Origin: a bacterium
Lineage (GTDB): Bacteria > UBA8248
Assembly: GCA_965202625.1 (NCBI GenBank)
Contig: CBDBBI010000010.1
Coordinates: 1,856,001 to 1,920,000, forward strand
Direction of reading: 5' to 3'
Length of the DNA stretch: 64,000 nucleotides
The notes under the pieces are model-generated. The model saw only the letters and a list, made by a program, of their open reading frames with translations. It was not told the origin of the DNA and searched no databases. This document shows, one piece after another, positions 41,736-51,593 of the stretch (its first letter is position 1; each line of letters opens with the position of its first letter). The position numbers and the translations under genes were made by a program.

Positions 41736-42944
41736 TCATCCAACCGCAACCGGCGGCGGGCCCGAAACCCAGGTCCCGCGCCTCATCACGCCAACGAGGG
41801 CGAGGGAGCTCGAATCGAGAACGCACAAATCCGCACTGCGGCCCGGAGCGATGCAGCCCCACCTGGATTCCTCGCCGAGGACGCGCGCCGGGTTTCGCGT
41901 GGCCGTCGCTAGAGCGCAGGCGACCTCAAGCCCGCTCCATTTCCAGAGGCGAGGAAGAGTCTGCGAGAGCGACATGCGACTGCCGCTCAACACGCCCCCA
42001 TGCGTCAGGGCGTCGCCCAGTGCTTCCGATGCAGGCGGGTTCACGTCCCCTGCGGGCCGCAGACCTGAGTCGGCCACCAAATCTGAGGTGAGTACCGTCC
42101 GCTCCCAACCCCTCGCGCGAACGAAGGCAGCGAGGGCGCGCGGAGCCACGTGCACGCCATCCGCTATCAGACCGGCGGAGAGCCTCGAATCGTCCCGCAC
42201 GAAATCCATGGGCGATGCGCTCCTATGCGCGGGAGCGTCCGGGTTCGCGTAGCGATTGAAAGCATGTACCGCGAACGCACCGCCCGCCTCCAGAAACGCC
42301 TCCACCTTGGCGGACGAGGCCGCCGTGTGGCCCATGGCCGGCACGACGCCGTTATCCGCCAGCCACCCGGCAAGCTCCGCCGCCCCCTCCACTCCGGGGG
42401 AGAGCGTCGCCAGAACCAAGCCAGGCGCGCCCAGCCCTCTCGCGGCCTCGGCGATCTCCCGGACCTCCTCTATTGAGGGAGTGCGAACGTGCTTTCGCGG
42501 ATGCGCTCCTCTCATACGAGGCTCCAGATAGGGGCCCTCCAGGTGAACGCCCAGAATCCGCGCCTCGGCGCCCCCCTCGTTTTCTTGATGGGCCCACGCC
42601 TCTCTGACCGTATGGGCCGCGCGAACCATCTCCTCCTGGGGCGCGGTGGTGATGGTGGGCAAAAAAGCGACGGTGCCGCGCCGCGCCAGTGCCAGCGCAA
42701 TTCGGCGGACGCCCTCCACACCCGCCGTAAGCACCGCGTCCGCGCCCAGGCCGTTGACCTGAAGGTCCACGAAGCCGGGACACGCCAGCGCGCCCCCCAG
42801 CTCCAGCACCTGGGCATCCGGCGGGAGGGGATACGCTCCGCGCGGCCCCACGTACGTGAAAACGCCCCCCTCAATAACGAGGAGGGCGTCCACGATTCTC
42901 TCCAGCGGCGTATAGACCGCCATGCCAGCGAGGCGCAGGGTCAT
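41736..42944 (-). CDS. nagA: N-acetylglucosamine-6-phosphate deacetylase-like
   Basis: PGFVDLQVNG, FLPT.TT, G.HLEGP.....RGAH, GHT, H.FN, IADG.HV and NPA..LG. Confidence 0.82.
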   Translation of the reverse strand: MTLRLAGMAVYTPLERIVDALLVIEGGVFTYVGPRGAYPLPPDAQVLELGGALACPGFVDLQVNGLGADAVLTAGVEGVRRIALALARRGTVAFLPTITTAPQEEMVRAAHTVREAWAHQENEGGAEARILGVHLEGPYLEPRMRGAHPRKHVRTPSIEEVREIAEAARGLGAPGLVLATLSPGVEGAAELAGWLADNGVVPAMGHTAASSAKVEAFLEAGGAFAVHAFNRYANPDAPAHRSASPMDFVRDDSRLSAGLIADGVHVAPRALAAFVRARGWERTVLTSDLVADSGLRPAGDVNPPASEALGDALTHGGVLSGSRMSLSQTLPRLWKWSGLEVACALATATRNPARVLGEESRWGCIAPGRSADLCVLDSSSLALVGVMRRGTWVSGPPPVAVG

Positions 42945-42953
42945 GATGAGAAT

Positions 42954-43556
42954 CTACTTCTTCGCGCCTTTTTTCAGTTCGGCGCGCACCCTCTCGTTCG
43001 CTTTAATGAGTGACTCGACGTTCTCCTGCGCGGCCTCATAGAGGGAGTACCGCACTTTTTCAAGTATCAGACGGGCGGCCAGGGTGGTGACGCCCGGAAC
43101 CTTGGGGGGCATTTTGATCTCACTCGCGCCTCCCGCGACCTCCTCGATTTCCCTGAGAACTTCCTGGTCGTCGTAGAGTTCTCCCTCTCCATACTGATAG
43201 GTGAGCTTTACGTAATCCCTCTCCTTCCTCTCCTGATCGCGCGTCTCCCGGACGATGTTCTCCATGTCGGCGGAAACGGGCTTTTTGGGGGATTCGTTTC
43301 GCTCCTCGATCTGCTGGAAATATTTAGCGTGATCGCAGGATTCCGGCAATTCCTCGCCCGGTATCTTCGAGCTGATCTCAAAGCGAATCGCCCTGTCGGC
43401 GTCCACAAATTTCGGCGGACCGATCTCGTAAGTGATGCCCTCGACGTTGAATCGATCCCCCTTCTTCGGTTCGTATCTCTTCTGCAAGTCTTTCGTCAGG
43501 CGACTCAGCGAGACCGAAGCGGTTTGCACGAAAAGCTGCGCTTGAAGTGAAGACAT
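42954..43556 (-). CDS. Hypothetical protein
   Basis: 200-aa ORF with protein-like composition and a GGAG RBS; co-oriented with nagA. Confidence 0.7.
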   Translation of the reverse strand: MSSLQAQLFVQTASVSLSRLTKDLQKRYEPKKGDRFNVEGITYEIGPPKFVDADRAIRFEISSKIPGEELPESCDHAKYFQQIEERNESPKKPVSADMENIVRETRDQERKERDYVKLTYQYGEGELYDDQEVLREIEEVAGGASEIKMPPKVPGVTTLAARLILEKVRYSLYEAAQENVESLIKANERVRAELKKGAKK

Positions 43557-43753
43557 ATTTTCTATCTCCCTAAGACTCGAAGAACAAATGAGAGGCATGG
43601 AACATGCCCCAGCCCCATGAATGCGTCAAGACCTGGCGAGGAGGTTTCCTGGCGCGCGTTCGAATCCGCATCCGCGCGAGAGGATATATGTGATATGGTC
43701 GCGTTTTTCAACCGAGGCGCTCGCGTCCTCCAATCAAGAAGTAGGGAATCCGG

Positions 43754-44686
43754 ATGGCCAGGCCCGTTCACATTCGCGTTGGGGGCTATTCTCCGCCCGA
43801 GACCACGCACAGCCGCGCGATGGCTCTTTTTCGGGAGAAGATGCGGGAGCAGCTGGGCGAGAGCGTCAGAATAGACGTCTTCTGGAACGTGATGGATTTC
43901 GGCTACGGCGCGTCCGACCTGCTCTCCCTCGTGGAGTGCGGTCTGCTCGACATGTGCTACTTCTCAACCAGCTATCTCGTAGAGAGGACGCCCGCGCTCG
44001 AGATCGTCGACCTCCCCTTTTTGTTCCAGGATTCCACCTGCGCCCACCGCGCGCTGGACGGCGCGCTCGGAGGGCGTTTGACCGAGCGGATCGAAGCCCA
44101 GACGGGCTATAAAAACCTGGGCTTTTGGGACAATGGATTCCGCCACCTCTCGAACAGCGTCCGCGACGTGAGAACGCCCGAGGATTGCCGGGGGCTGCGC
44201 GTCCGCCTCCAACCCAACGAGGCGCACGTCAGGACGTTTGCGCTCCTCGGCGCCGATCCCGTGCCGGTCGAGCTGAAGGCGGGGCTCGCCATGATAGCCT
44301 CCGGCGCGGTGAACGCGCAGGAAAACCCGCTCTCCAACACCGCGACCTATGGTGTCGCAAAATATCACAAGCGCATCACGATGAGCGGTCATTTCTACGG
44401 AGCGCGCGCCCTGCTCGCCCACCGGGGGAGCTTCGACGCATGGCCTGAACGAGTCCGGAAGGCCGCGCGGGCGTGCGTCCGAGAGGCTATCGACCACCAA
44501 AGGGAGGCCGCGCGGGCGGAGGAGAGCACGATTCGCCGGGACCTCGAAAAAAGGGGCGTCTCCTTCGTGGACCTAACGGATGCGGAGCGCGCGGCGTTCT
44601 TCCAGGTGACGGAACCCATCCGCGCCGACGCCAGAAAAAGACTCGGTGACGCACTCTTCGACTTGATAACGAGAAAGCCAGGTTGA
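43754..44686 (+). CDS. TRAP transporter substrate-binding protein (DctP family)
   Basis: DLPFLF, W.NGFRH, TPED.RGL.VR and G.V.AQENP. Confidence 0.9.
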   Translation: MARPVHIRVGGYSPPETTHSRAMALFREKMREQLGESVRIDVFWNVMDFGYGASDLLSLVECGLLDMCYFSTSYLVERTPALEIVDLPFLFQDSTCAHRALDGALGGRLTERIEAQTGYKNLGFWDNGFRHLSNSVRDVRTPEDCRGLRVRLQPNEAHVRTFALLGADPVPVELKAGLAMIASGAVNAQENPLSNTATYGVAKYHKRITMSGHFYGARALLAHRGSFDAWPERVRKAARACVREAIDHQREAARAEESTIRRDLEKRGVSFVDLTDAERAAFFQVTEPIRADARKRLGDALFDLITRKPG

Positions 44687-44779
44687 CGTCCTGGCCGTTC
44701 CGGATGGGCTTCGAACGAGTCTAGAGCCCACCGCGCGAGGGGACGCAGGGCCGGCCCCTCATAAAGGTAAAGAAAAACC

Positions 44780-45769
44780 TTGCGCATACTCTACGTCAGC
44801 ACGTCCCTTATCAGTATCGTTATACTCGGCACGCTCGGCTATATCCTGATCGAGGGATGGTCGCTCCCCGAGTCTTTCTATATGACGATTATCACCCTTA
44901 CGACGGTGGGCTACGGCGAGGTGCACAAGTTGAGCACGACGGGGCGCATGTTCACCGTGGCACTCCTGCTCATGGGCGTGGGCGCCGTATTCTACGCCAC
45001 GGCGAGCATCGCCGAGGTGATGCTGGAGGGCCGAATACGTCAAATTCTGGGGAGGCGAAAACTGGTGAGAGAACTCAGGAAGATGAAAGACCACCACATC
45101 ATCTGCGGGTATGGACGCATCGGCTCCACCATCGCGAGGGAATACGCCAAAGAGTCGATGCCCTACGTCATCATCGAGAAAGATGAGGCCAAGGCCACCC
45201 ATCTCGACCAGGAAAGGATTCTGGTCGTCGTGGGTGACGCCACGAGCGATCACACGCTCATCAATGCCAGCGTAAAACGGGCGAAAAGCCTCGTCTGCGC
45301 CCTGGCCACCGACGCGGACAACGTGTTCGTCACCCTGACGGCGAGGGTGTTAAACCCCGATATATTCATCCTGAGCCGCGCCGCCCGGGAGAGCTCCATC
45401 CACAAGATGGAGGCAGCGGGCGCGAACCGCGTGGTCTCCCCCTACACCATGGGCGGCATACGAATGGCGCAGTCCATTCTGCGACCCAAACTCGCCAATT
45501 TTCTCGATGAGATCACCGGCCACGCGACAACGGAACTCGATTTCGAGGAGGTGAGCGTTCCCGAGGGATCGGACCTTATCGGAATGGCGCTCAGAGAATC
45601 GAAGATCAGCCAAGAGACCGGCGTCTATCTGCTCTCCATCCAAAAGCATAGCGGAGAGATGAGGTTCAATCCGGGGCCTTACTTCCAGCTCCAGGCGGGA
45701 GATCGCCTCTACGCCCTCGGCACGCCCGAGCAGGTGAAGGCCCTGCGCGAGCGCGTTCTCATGCTGTAG
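44780..45769 (+). CDS. Potassium channel with TrkA-N/TrkA-C (RCK) domains
   Basis: TTVGYG selectivity filter, IICGYGRIG, GDAT and AGA..VVSP. Confidence 0.93.
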   Translation: MRILYVSTSLISIVILGTLGYILIEGWSLPESFYMTIITLTTVGYGEVHKLSTTGRMFTVALLLMGVGAVFYATASIAEVMLEGRIRQILGRRKLVRELRKMKDHHIICGYGRIGSTIAREYAKESMPYVIIEKDEAKATHLDQERILVVVGDATSDHTLINASVKRAKSLVCALATDADNVFVTLTARVLNPDIFILSRAARESSIHKMEAAGANRVVSPYTMGGIRMAQSILRPKLANFLDEITGHATTELDFEEVSVPEGSDLIGMALRESKISQETGVYLLSIQKHSGEMRFNPGPYFQLQAGDRLYALGTPEQVKALRERVLML

Positions 45770-45831
45770 CGCATCTCCCTCGCTTCTCAGGGTGCTCTAC
45801 GCCTCCCGTCAAGATGACAAAACAAGGACGC

Positions 45832-46566
45832 CTACCCGAGCGCGTCCAACCTCAAATTCCGCCCCAGACGGAGGAGCGCGTCCGCGGCGTCCGAGCCGGG
45901 CGCGGCGAGAGGGAGAACGTCGTCCATCCCCGCCAGATGGGGAATCACGCCCAGAAGCGGAGCCTCCACCCCGCAGAGATCGGCGATGGCCGCCGGGTTG
46001 CGCTCTGCCGCCGGCGTGGCCTCTCCGCTCGAGTCGGAGAGGATGACGCCTAGAATCTCGAGCCCCTGCCGCCTGGCCTCCCGCACGCTCAACAGGGTGT
46101 GGTTGATGGCACCCAGGCCGAGCGGAGCGACGATCACCAAGGGTAGGTTTGCGCGGCGAGCAAGATCGGCCATGAAAGCGCCGGCGGCCAGGGGCGCAAG
46201 AAGGCCGCCCGCGCCCTCCACGAGCAGGGGCACTCGCTCCTCTCTGAGCGTCTCAATCGCGCCGACGAGGCGTTCCAGGTCCGGCGGCTCCCCCTCTCGC
46301 TCGGCCGCGTGGGCGGGCGCGAGCGGCGCGCGGTATCTGTAGGGACAAACCACATCCTCCGGCCGCGCATCGCCCGCGGCCGTCCTGAGCACCAGAGCGT
46401 CCCTCGGAACGAGGCGCTCGCCCTCAAGGGCGCAGCCCGACTCAGCAGGCTTCATCACCCGGGGGCCTTTGCCCCGCGCCGCCCAGTGGGCCGCGATGAC
46501 GCACCCCGCTACCGTTTTTCCCACACCGGTTCCCGTTCCGGTCAAAAAAATGGCAGTATCAGACAT
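45832..46566 (-). CDS. bioD: Dethiobiotin synthase
   Basis: TGT.TGVGKT, KP.ESG, VEGAGGL..P and LG.INHT.L. Confidence 0.93.
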   Translation of the reverse strand: MSDTAIFLTGTGTGVGKTVAGCVIAAHWAARGKGPRVMKPAESGCALEGERLVPRDALVLRTAAGDARPEDVVCPYRYRAPLAPAHAAEREGEPPDLERLVGAIETLREERVPLLVEGAGGLLAPLAAGAFMADLARRANLPLVIVAPLGLGAINHTLLSVREARRQGLEILGVILSDSSGEATPAAERNPAAIADLCGVEAPLLGVIPHLAGMDDVLPLAAPGSDAADALLRLGRNLRLDALG

Positions 46567-46665
46567 CGTGATTGGCTCCCTGCGTCGATCGCAACGTGAA
46601 CGGGCATGGACGAGCGGACGGAGAGGCGGGCGCGTGAAACACGCCGGAAACCTTGAGGAGACCCC

Positions 46666-46920
46666 ATGAAAACAACGAGCGCAAAAACCATCGACCTCCT
46701 TGGCGAAATCTGCCCCATGACCTGGGTACGGACGAAGCTCGCCCTAGAGGCGATGGCTCCGGGGGAGGTGCTTGAAGTATGGCTCGACTCAGACGATTCC
46801 GCCACCAGCGTCCCCAAAAGCGCGGCGGCCGAGGGCCACGTCATCCGGAGCGCGACGCCGGACTCCCAGGGCGGCGTTCGGCTCGTCATAGAGAAAAGAC
46901 GAGGACGATCGCACCCATAG
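46666..46920 (+). CDS. TusA/SirA family sulfur carrier
   Basis: IDL.G..CPM..V.TKLALE.M..GE.LEV. Confidence 0.88.
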   Translation: MKTTSAKTIDLLGEICPMTWVRTKLALEAMAPGEVLEVWLDSDDSATSVPKSAAAEGHVIRSATPDSQGGVRLVIEKRRGRSHP

Positions 46921-47179
46921 CGATCAAGCAAGTCGCCATTTCGCCCCCGATTTTCCGGCTCAGGAATCCCCCGCCCAGGGGACGCAACCGCCCGTAGACC
47001 AAACCCCGCGATTCAAAGCGCATTCCGCCAAAAAGACTGCCAAATAGCGCGTCAAATAACGGCAAAAGAAAGATAATTTTTCTGAATAAAAATTGATAAT
47101 ATAATTATAATCATATATTTATGGATTAGAGAGCGTTGCGAAATTACGCGCCAAACAGTGCGCCAAAAAAGGAGAAAAA

Positions 47180-48373
47180 ATGGACTGGGAAAAGTTCAGT
47201 TTTGAATACAAATACAAAGGTTTGGGCCTCGAAAATACCATCGTCTCCATAGAGGCGTCCAAAGAAGCCTGCATGCGTCTCGTTCTCCCTCCGGGTTGGA
47301 GAGAGAGGCTGAACAAATTGAACCGCGTTCGCGCCATTCATGGCACGACGGCCATAGAAGGAAATCCCCTCTCGGAAGCCGAGGTCTCACGACAAATCGA
47401 GATTCAGGAGCAATCCGCCGAACATCCGGACTCGACAAAACCCAGCAGGGAGCAAGTCCAGATCAGAAACGCCGGCGCCGCACAAGCGTGGGTTCAAAAG
47501 AGGTTCAAGCCCGGCAGTCCTCCTTTCACTCTCGACGATATTTTCAGAATGCACAAAATGATCACCGAGAACGCGGACATGATGGACAATACGCCCGGAA
47601 ACCTGAGGACGTTTCCCGTGAACGTGGGAAGTCCATCTCTCGGAGGCGTCCACAGGGGCGCGCCGCACAAACGGCTGGCGGATATGATGCACAGATACGT
47701 TGCATTTTTGGGCTCCCCCAAAATGGCAGCGGAACACCCCGCCCTTCGGGCGCTACTCGCGCATTTTTTTCTGGTGACGATCCATCCGTTCGGCGATGGG
47801 AACGGCAGGACCTCCCGTCTCGTAGAGGCGGGCATATTGTTTCAGGAGGGCTACAACCTCCACGGATTTTACGGGCTGTCCAATTATTTCTATCGCCATG
47901 AGAACGAATACAAAACGCTGCTTGAAAAGTGCAGGAAAAAACAGCCCTTTGACGTCACCGCGTTCATCACGTTCGGATTGCGGGGATTCGCAGAAGAATT
48001 GAAGGGAATCAACAACTTCATCACGACCAAGCTGAGTCGAATCGTCTATCGAGACATGTTGGTTCGGGCGCGCGACAAAAAAATATCCAAAAGGAGACGT
48101 TTGATTAACGAGAGAGAATACAACCTTCTTGATTTTCTCATCCTGGAGACCGAACCTGAGGATCCATTCTCCGAGCGGCCCTCAAGGATGATCAGCTTAT
48201 TGGAACTGCTCAAACGTCCGCACGTTCGAGAAGCATACAAGAACGTAACCACGAGAACCCTCATAAGAGAGCTCGTCCGACTGGAGGAGTTTGGTTTTAT
48301 CAAAATCTCCGAAGGCACGACAACCGACCAACACCTCATCGCGCTGGATTTTGACGCCATCGGGAAACACTAA
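47180..48373 (+). CDS. Fic family protein
   Basis: HPFGDGNGRTSR catalytic motif; TTAIEGN inhibitory motif. Confidence 0.92.
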   Translation: MDWEKFSFEYKYKGLGLENTIVSIEASKEACMRLVLPPGWRERLNKLNRVRAIHGTTAIEGNPLSEAEVSRQIEIQEQSAEHPDSTKPSREQVQIRNAGAAQAWVQKRFKPGSPPFTLDDIFRMHKMITENADMMDNTPGNLRTFPVNVGSPSLGGVHRGAPHKRLADMMHRYVAFLGSPKMAAEHPALRALLAHFFLVTIHPFGDGNGRTSRLVEAGILFQEGYNLHGFYGLSNYFYRHENEYKTLLEKCRKKQPFDVTAFITFGLRGFAEELKGINNFITTKLSRIVYRDMLVRARDKKISKRRRLINEREYNLLDFLILETEPEDPFSERPSRMISLLELLKRPHVREAYKNVTTRTLIRELVRLEEFGFIKISEGTTTDQHLIALDFDAIGKH

Positions 48374-48422
48374 ATGGACTTTCTCCCTGATTCGGCGGGG
48401 CCTGGAAGGCGACACCTCACGA

Positions 48423-48905
48423 TCACGGCGTGGGTTCCTCCCTCAGCCAGCGCGCGAGGGCCTTCTCGGGGTCTGCGAGCTCCTCAATGGAGGTATAAAA
48501 GTGCGCCTCCCAGCCAAACTCCGGAAAACCGGTGAACAACATGAGGTTCAGCGGATAGCCATCGCAGTCCGTGCAGCGGCGAAAATCATCCCGAAACAAG
48601 AACACCGGCTTCTCCCAGGCGATGGCCATGCCGAGCTCCACCATCACGCCCTCATCCGGCGGGCAGCCGTTGACCACCCCGAAGAAGCCGGCGGCGGCGC
48701 GCACGTCCCGCACGTCGTCCTGTCCCACGCGGTACGCCCAGCCCGGGCGCGCGAGCCGCTCGGGCTCGTTGTTGCGGGAGAACGGCTCCCACACCTCGGC
48801 CCCGGCCGCCTCAAGCCTCTCCACCAGCGCTTTGAGTGGCCCCTCTCGCTGCTGGGAGGAGAAACCATAGGGATTCGCCAGGTAAAGGGTTTTGCCAGAG
48901 ACCAT
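48423..48905 (-). CDS. Nucleoside 2-deoxyribosyltransferase family
   Basis: YLANPYGFS, PDEGVMVELG.A.A..KP and NLM. Confidence 0.85.
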   Translation of the reverse strand: MVSGKTLYLANPYGFSSQQREGPLKALVERLEAAGAEVWEPFSRNNEPERLARPGWAYRVGQDDVRDVRAAAGFFGVVNGCPPDEGVMVELGMAIAWEKPVFLFRDDFRRCTDCDGYPLNLMLFTGFPEFGWEAHFYTSIEELADPEKALARWLREEPTP

Positions 48906-49070
48906 GCGCGCTTCACTCTCCTCTCTTTATCAGACGCGCGTCCCGCTCACCACCAGCACCGGAAGACGCGCCATGCTCCCACACGAGACAGCGCGCCGTC
49001 CAGCGACGCAGTCGCGCGGTCGACTCCGCCATTGCACATATCGCCCACGCGCCCAGGGGATCATCGCCGA

Positions 49071-50246
49071 TCATCGCGCGTTCTCGCCAAAAGCGGCGAA
49101 GGCCAGCCCCGCGCCCAGGGCCATGGCGGCGCCGACGTGGAGCAGATTCACGAACCCCCAAATCGGAAGGAGCCAGCCCGCCATGAACGCGCCGAAGGTG
49201 GCGCCGACCCCCCAGGTAGCGGCGCTGTAGAGGGACTGCGCGGTGTTCTTCGTCGCCGCGCCGCTCAGGCGGTCAACGTATTGAATCGCACCTGCGTGAA
49301 AGACGCCGAAGGCGACGCCGTGCAGAAGCTGGATGAGGATGAGCAGGCTCGCGTCCGTCGTGAGCGCGACGAGCTCCCACCTCAAGCCCGCGGCGATCAT
49401 ACCCGCCACGATCATGAATTTAAGGCCGAACCATCTCTGTATCGTACCTGCGAAAACGAGAAACACTATTTCGCTCGCCACTCCCGCCGTCCACGCCAGC
49501 GCGATGATGTCCGCCGACATGCCGAGTTGCTTGAGCCGGATGCTGAAATACACCCCGAAAGGTCCCGCCGACATCGCAGCGACGGTCGTGGCGGCGAGGA
49601 ACACGGCGAGCGGCCTCTGACGAAGCAAAAGCCGCAGATCGGCCCGAAACATGGGACGCGAAGCGCCCGTCTCCCTCGGCAGGCGAAAAATAACAAAAAC
49701 GAGCAGAAAGCCTGCGACCGCCACTGCCGGAAATATAGCGGCGACACCGGCCCCCTCCACTAGGCGTCCCGCGATCGTGGCCGCCGCGATGAAACCCAAG
49801 GACCCCCAAAGGCGCACCCGGCCGTATTGCGCGCCCGTGGCCTCGATCTCCCTCAGACAAAGGTTCTCGGCTATCGGCACGAGGGGCGCCTTGAGGGCGG
49901 AGAAAAGCGTGATGAGAAAAAACAGGGGCAAAAAACCGCGCGCCCCCCACAAGAACAGCGCGAGGGCGGCGCTCAGGACCGCGCATCCGAGTACCATGCT
50001 CCGGCCGAGGCGAAACCTGTCGGAGAGCGCGCCCGCCAAAGGGGGGGCGAGCGCGTTCGAGAGGCGCGGTGCGGCGTTCAGCAGACCGAGCTGAAGCCCG
50101 CTCATTCCGACGGAATGATAGAAGACGTTCAAAAACGGGAGCAGGACGCCCACGCTGAAAAAATGCAGGAAATAAAATGCGGGCATTTGCCAGAGTGGCG
50201 CGGGGCCAGGGGAATGGACGCGCGCGCGCCCGCAAAGAGGGAGCAT
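49071..50246 (-). CDS. MFS transporter (nucleoside/PPP-like); start uncertain
   Basis: About 12 TM segments; G.LSDR, YG.VRLWGSLGF and QLLHG..FG. Confidence 0.87.
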   Translation of the reverse strand: MLPLCGRARVHSPGPAPLWQMPAFYFLHFFSVGVLLPFLNVFYHSVGMSGLQLGLLNAAPRLSNALAPPLAGALSDRFRLGRSMVLGCAVLSAALALFLWGARGFLPLFFLITLFSALKAPLVPIAENLCLREIEATGAQYGRVRLWGSLGFIAAATIAGRLVEGAGVAAIFPAVAVAGFLLVFVIFRLPRETGASRPMFRADLRLLLRQRPLAVFLAATTVAAMSAGPFGVYFSIRLKQLGMSADIIALAWTAGVASEIVFLVFAGTIQRWFGLKFMIVAGMIAAGLRWELVALTTDASLLILIQLLHGVAFGVFHAGAIQYVDRLSGAATKNTAQSLYSAATWGVGATFGAFMAGWLLPIWGFVNLLHVGAAMALGAGLAFAAFGENAR

Positions 50247-50540
50247 CTCTCGGCAACCTTATCACCCGGGCGGGAAAATTCATTCGACCACGATCGGAGA
50301 ATGATTTCCAGCCGCGCGGCGGCTTCCTTCGTGCACGTGGTTTTGCTATGCTCCCCTCCCCAATGAATTCTCGGGTTCTTCGCGCCGCGCAAGGCGAAGC
50401 CCTTGAACGCAAGGGAAAGCGCCGGGGGCCTAAAAACCGCGACGGCTAAACGGAAGCGACAAAAATGGGAACCCTCTATGAGTGGAGGGGTGACCCTTTG
50501 CATTTTCCACCCAATCGGAACCCATTGCGGGAGCGAAACG

Positions 50541-51566
50541 ATGAGCACGAACGATCTGGCGAAAACTGCCCAGCGAATGGTCGCGCCGGGCAAAGGCATT
50601 CTGGCGGCGGACGAGAGCGCGGGCACGATTCAAAAGCGCCTCGACGGCATCGGCGTCGAATCGACCGAGGAGAACCGGCGCGCCTATCGCGAACTTCTCT
50701 TTACCACGGAGGGAATGGAGGAATACATCAGCGGCGTCATCCTGTTCGACGAGACGCTGCGCCAGAGCGCGTCGAACGGAACGAACTTCGGCGAAATGCT
50801 CACCGGGCGCGGCATCCTCCCCGGCATCAAGGTCGACAAGGGCGCCAAGGACCTGGCTTTCGCCCCAGGGGAGAAAGTCACCGAAGGGCTGGACGGCCTG
50901 CGCGAGCGCCTAGCCGAATACGCCTCTCTGGGCGCGACCTTCACGAAATGGCGCGCCGTCATCGCCATCGGCGAGGGAATCCCCTCCGCCTACTGCATCA
51001 AGGCCAACGCGCACGCCCTCGCGCGCTTCGCCGCCCTCTCGCAGGAGGCGGGCCTCGTGCCCATTGTCGAGCCCGAGGTGCTCATGGACGCCGACAACAC
51101 CATTGAAGTCTGCGAGGAAGCGACGAACGACGCGCTCAAGAGCGTGTTTCACGCCCTATACGGGCAGCGCGTCTCGCTGGAGGGCATGATCCTCAAGCCC
51201 AACATGGTGATATCGGGCAAAAAATGCGCCGTTCAGGCGGGCGTGTCGGAGGTGGCGGAAGCCACGGTCCGCACTCTGTCGAGAAACGTGCCCGCCGCCG
51301 TGCCCGGAATATGCTTCCTCTCGGGCGGGCAGAGCGACGCCCTCGCCACCGCCCACCTGAACGCGATGAACGCGATGGGTCCCCACCCCTGGGAGCTGAG
51401 CTTCTCCTACGGCCGCGCGCTCCAGGCACCCGCCCTCAAAGGCTGGGGCGGGGAGGCGGCGAACGTCCCCCTCGCCCAAAAACTTTTCCACCATCGCTGC
51501 AAGTGCAACGGCGCGGCGCGCTCCGGTGCCTACGAGGGCGCGATGGAGGAGGAGGTCGCCGCCTAG
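50541..51566 (+). CDS. Fructose-bisphosphate aldolase class I
   Basis: GKGILAADES, PGIKVDKG, KWRAV, VPIVEPEV, LKPNMV, FLSGGQ and FSYGRALQ. Confidence 0.96.
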   Translation: MSTNDLAKTAQRMVAPGKGILAADESAGTIQKRLDGIGVESTEENRRAYRELLFTTEGMEEYISGVILFDETLRQSASNGTNFGEMLTGRGILPGIKVDKGAKDLAFAPGEKVTEGLDGLRERLAEYASLGATFTKWRAVIAIGEGIPSAYCIKANAHALARFAALSQEAGLVPIVEPEVLMDADNTIEVCEEATNDALKSVFHALYGQRVSLEGMILKPNMVISGKKCAVQAGVSEVAEATVRTLSRNVPAAVPGICFLSGGQSDALATAHLNAMNAMGPHPWELSFSYGRALQAPALKGWGGEAANVPLAQKLFHHRCKCNGAARSGAYEGAMEEEVAA

Positions 51567-51593
51567 ACGGGCGGGTGAGAGGGAGGAGAGAAG

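Noticed and set aside
47180-48905. Fic plus deoxyribosyltransferase as a two-gene defence or TA system
   Set aside because: The genes are convergent with different base composition; the Fic has its own inhibitory motif
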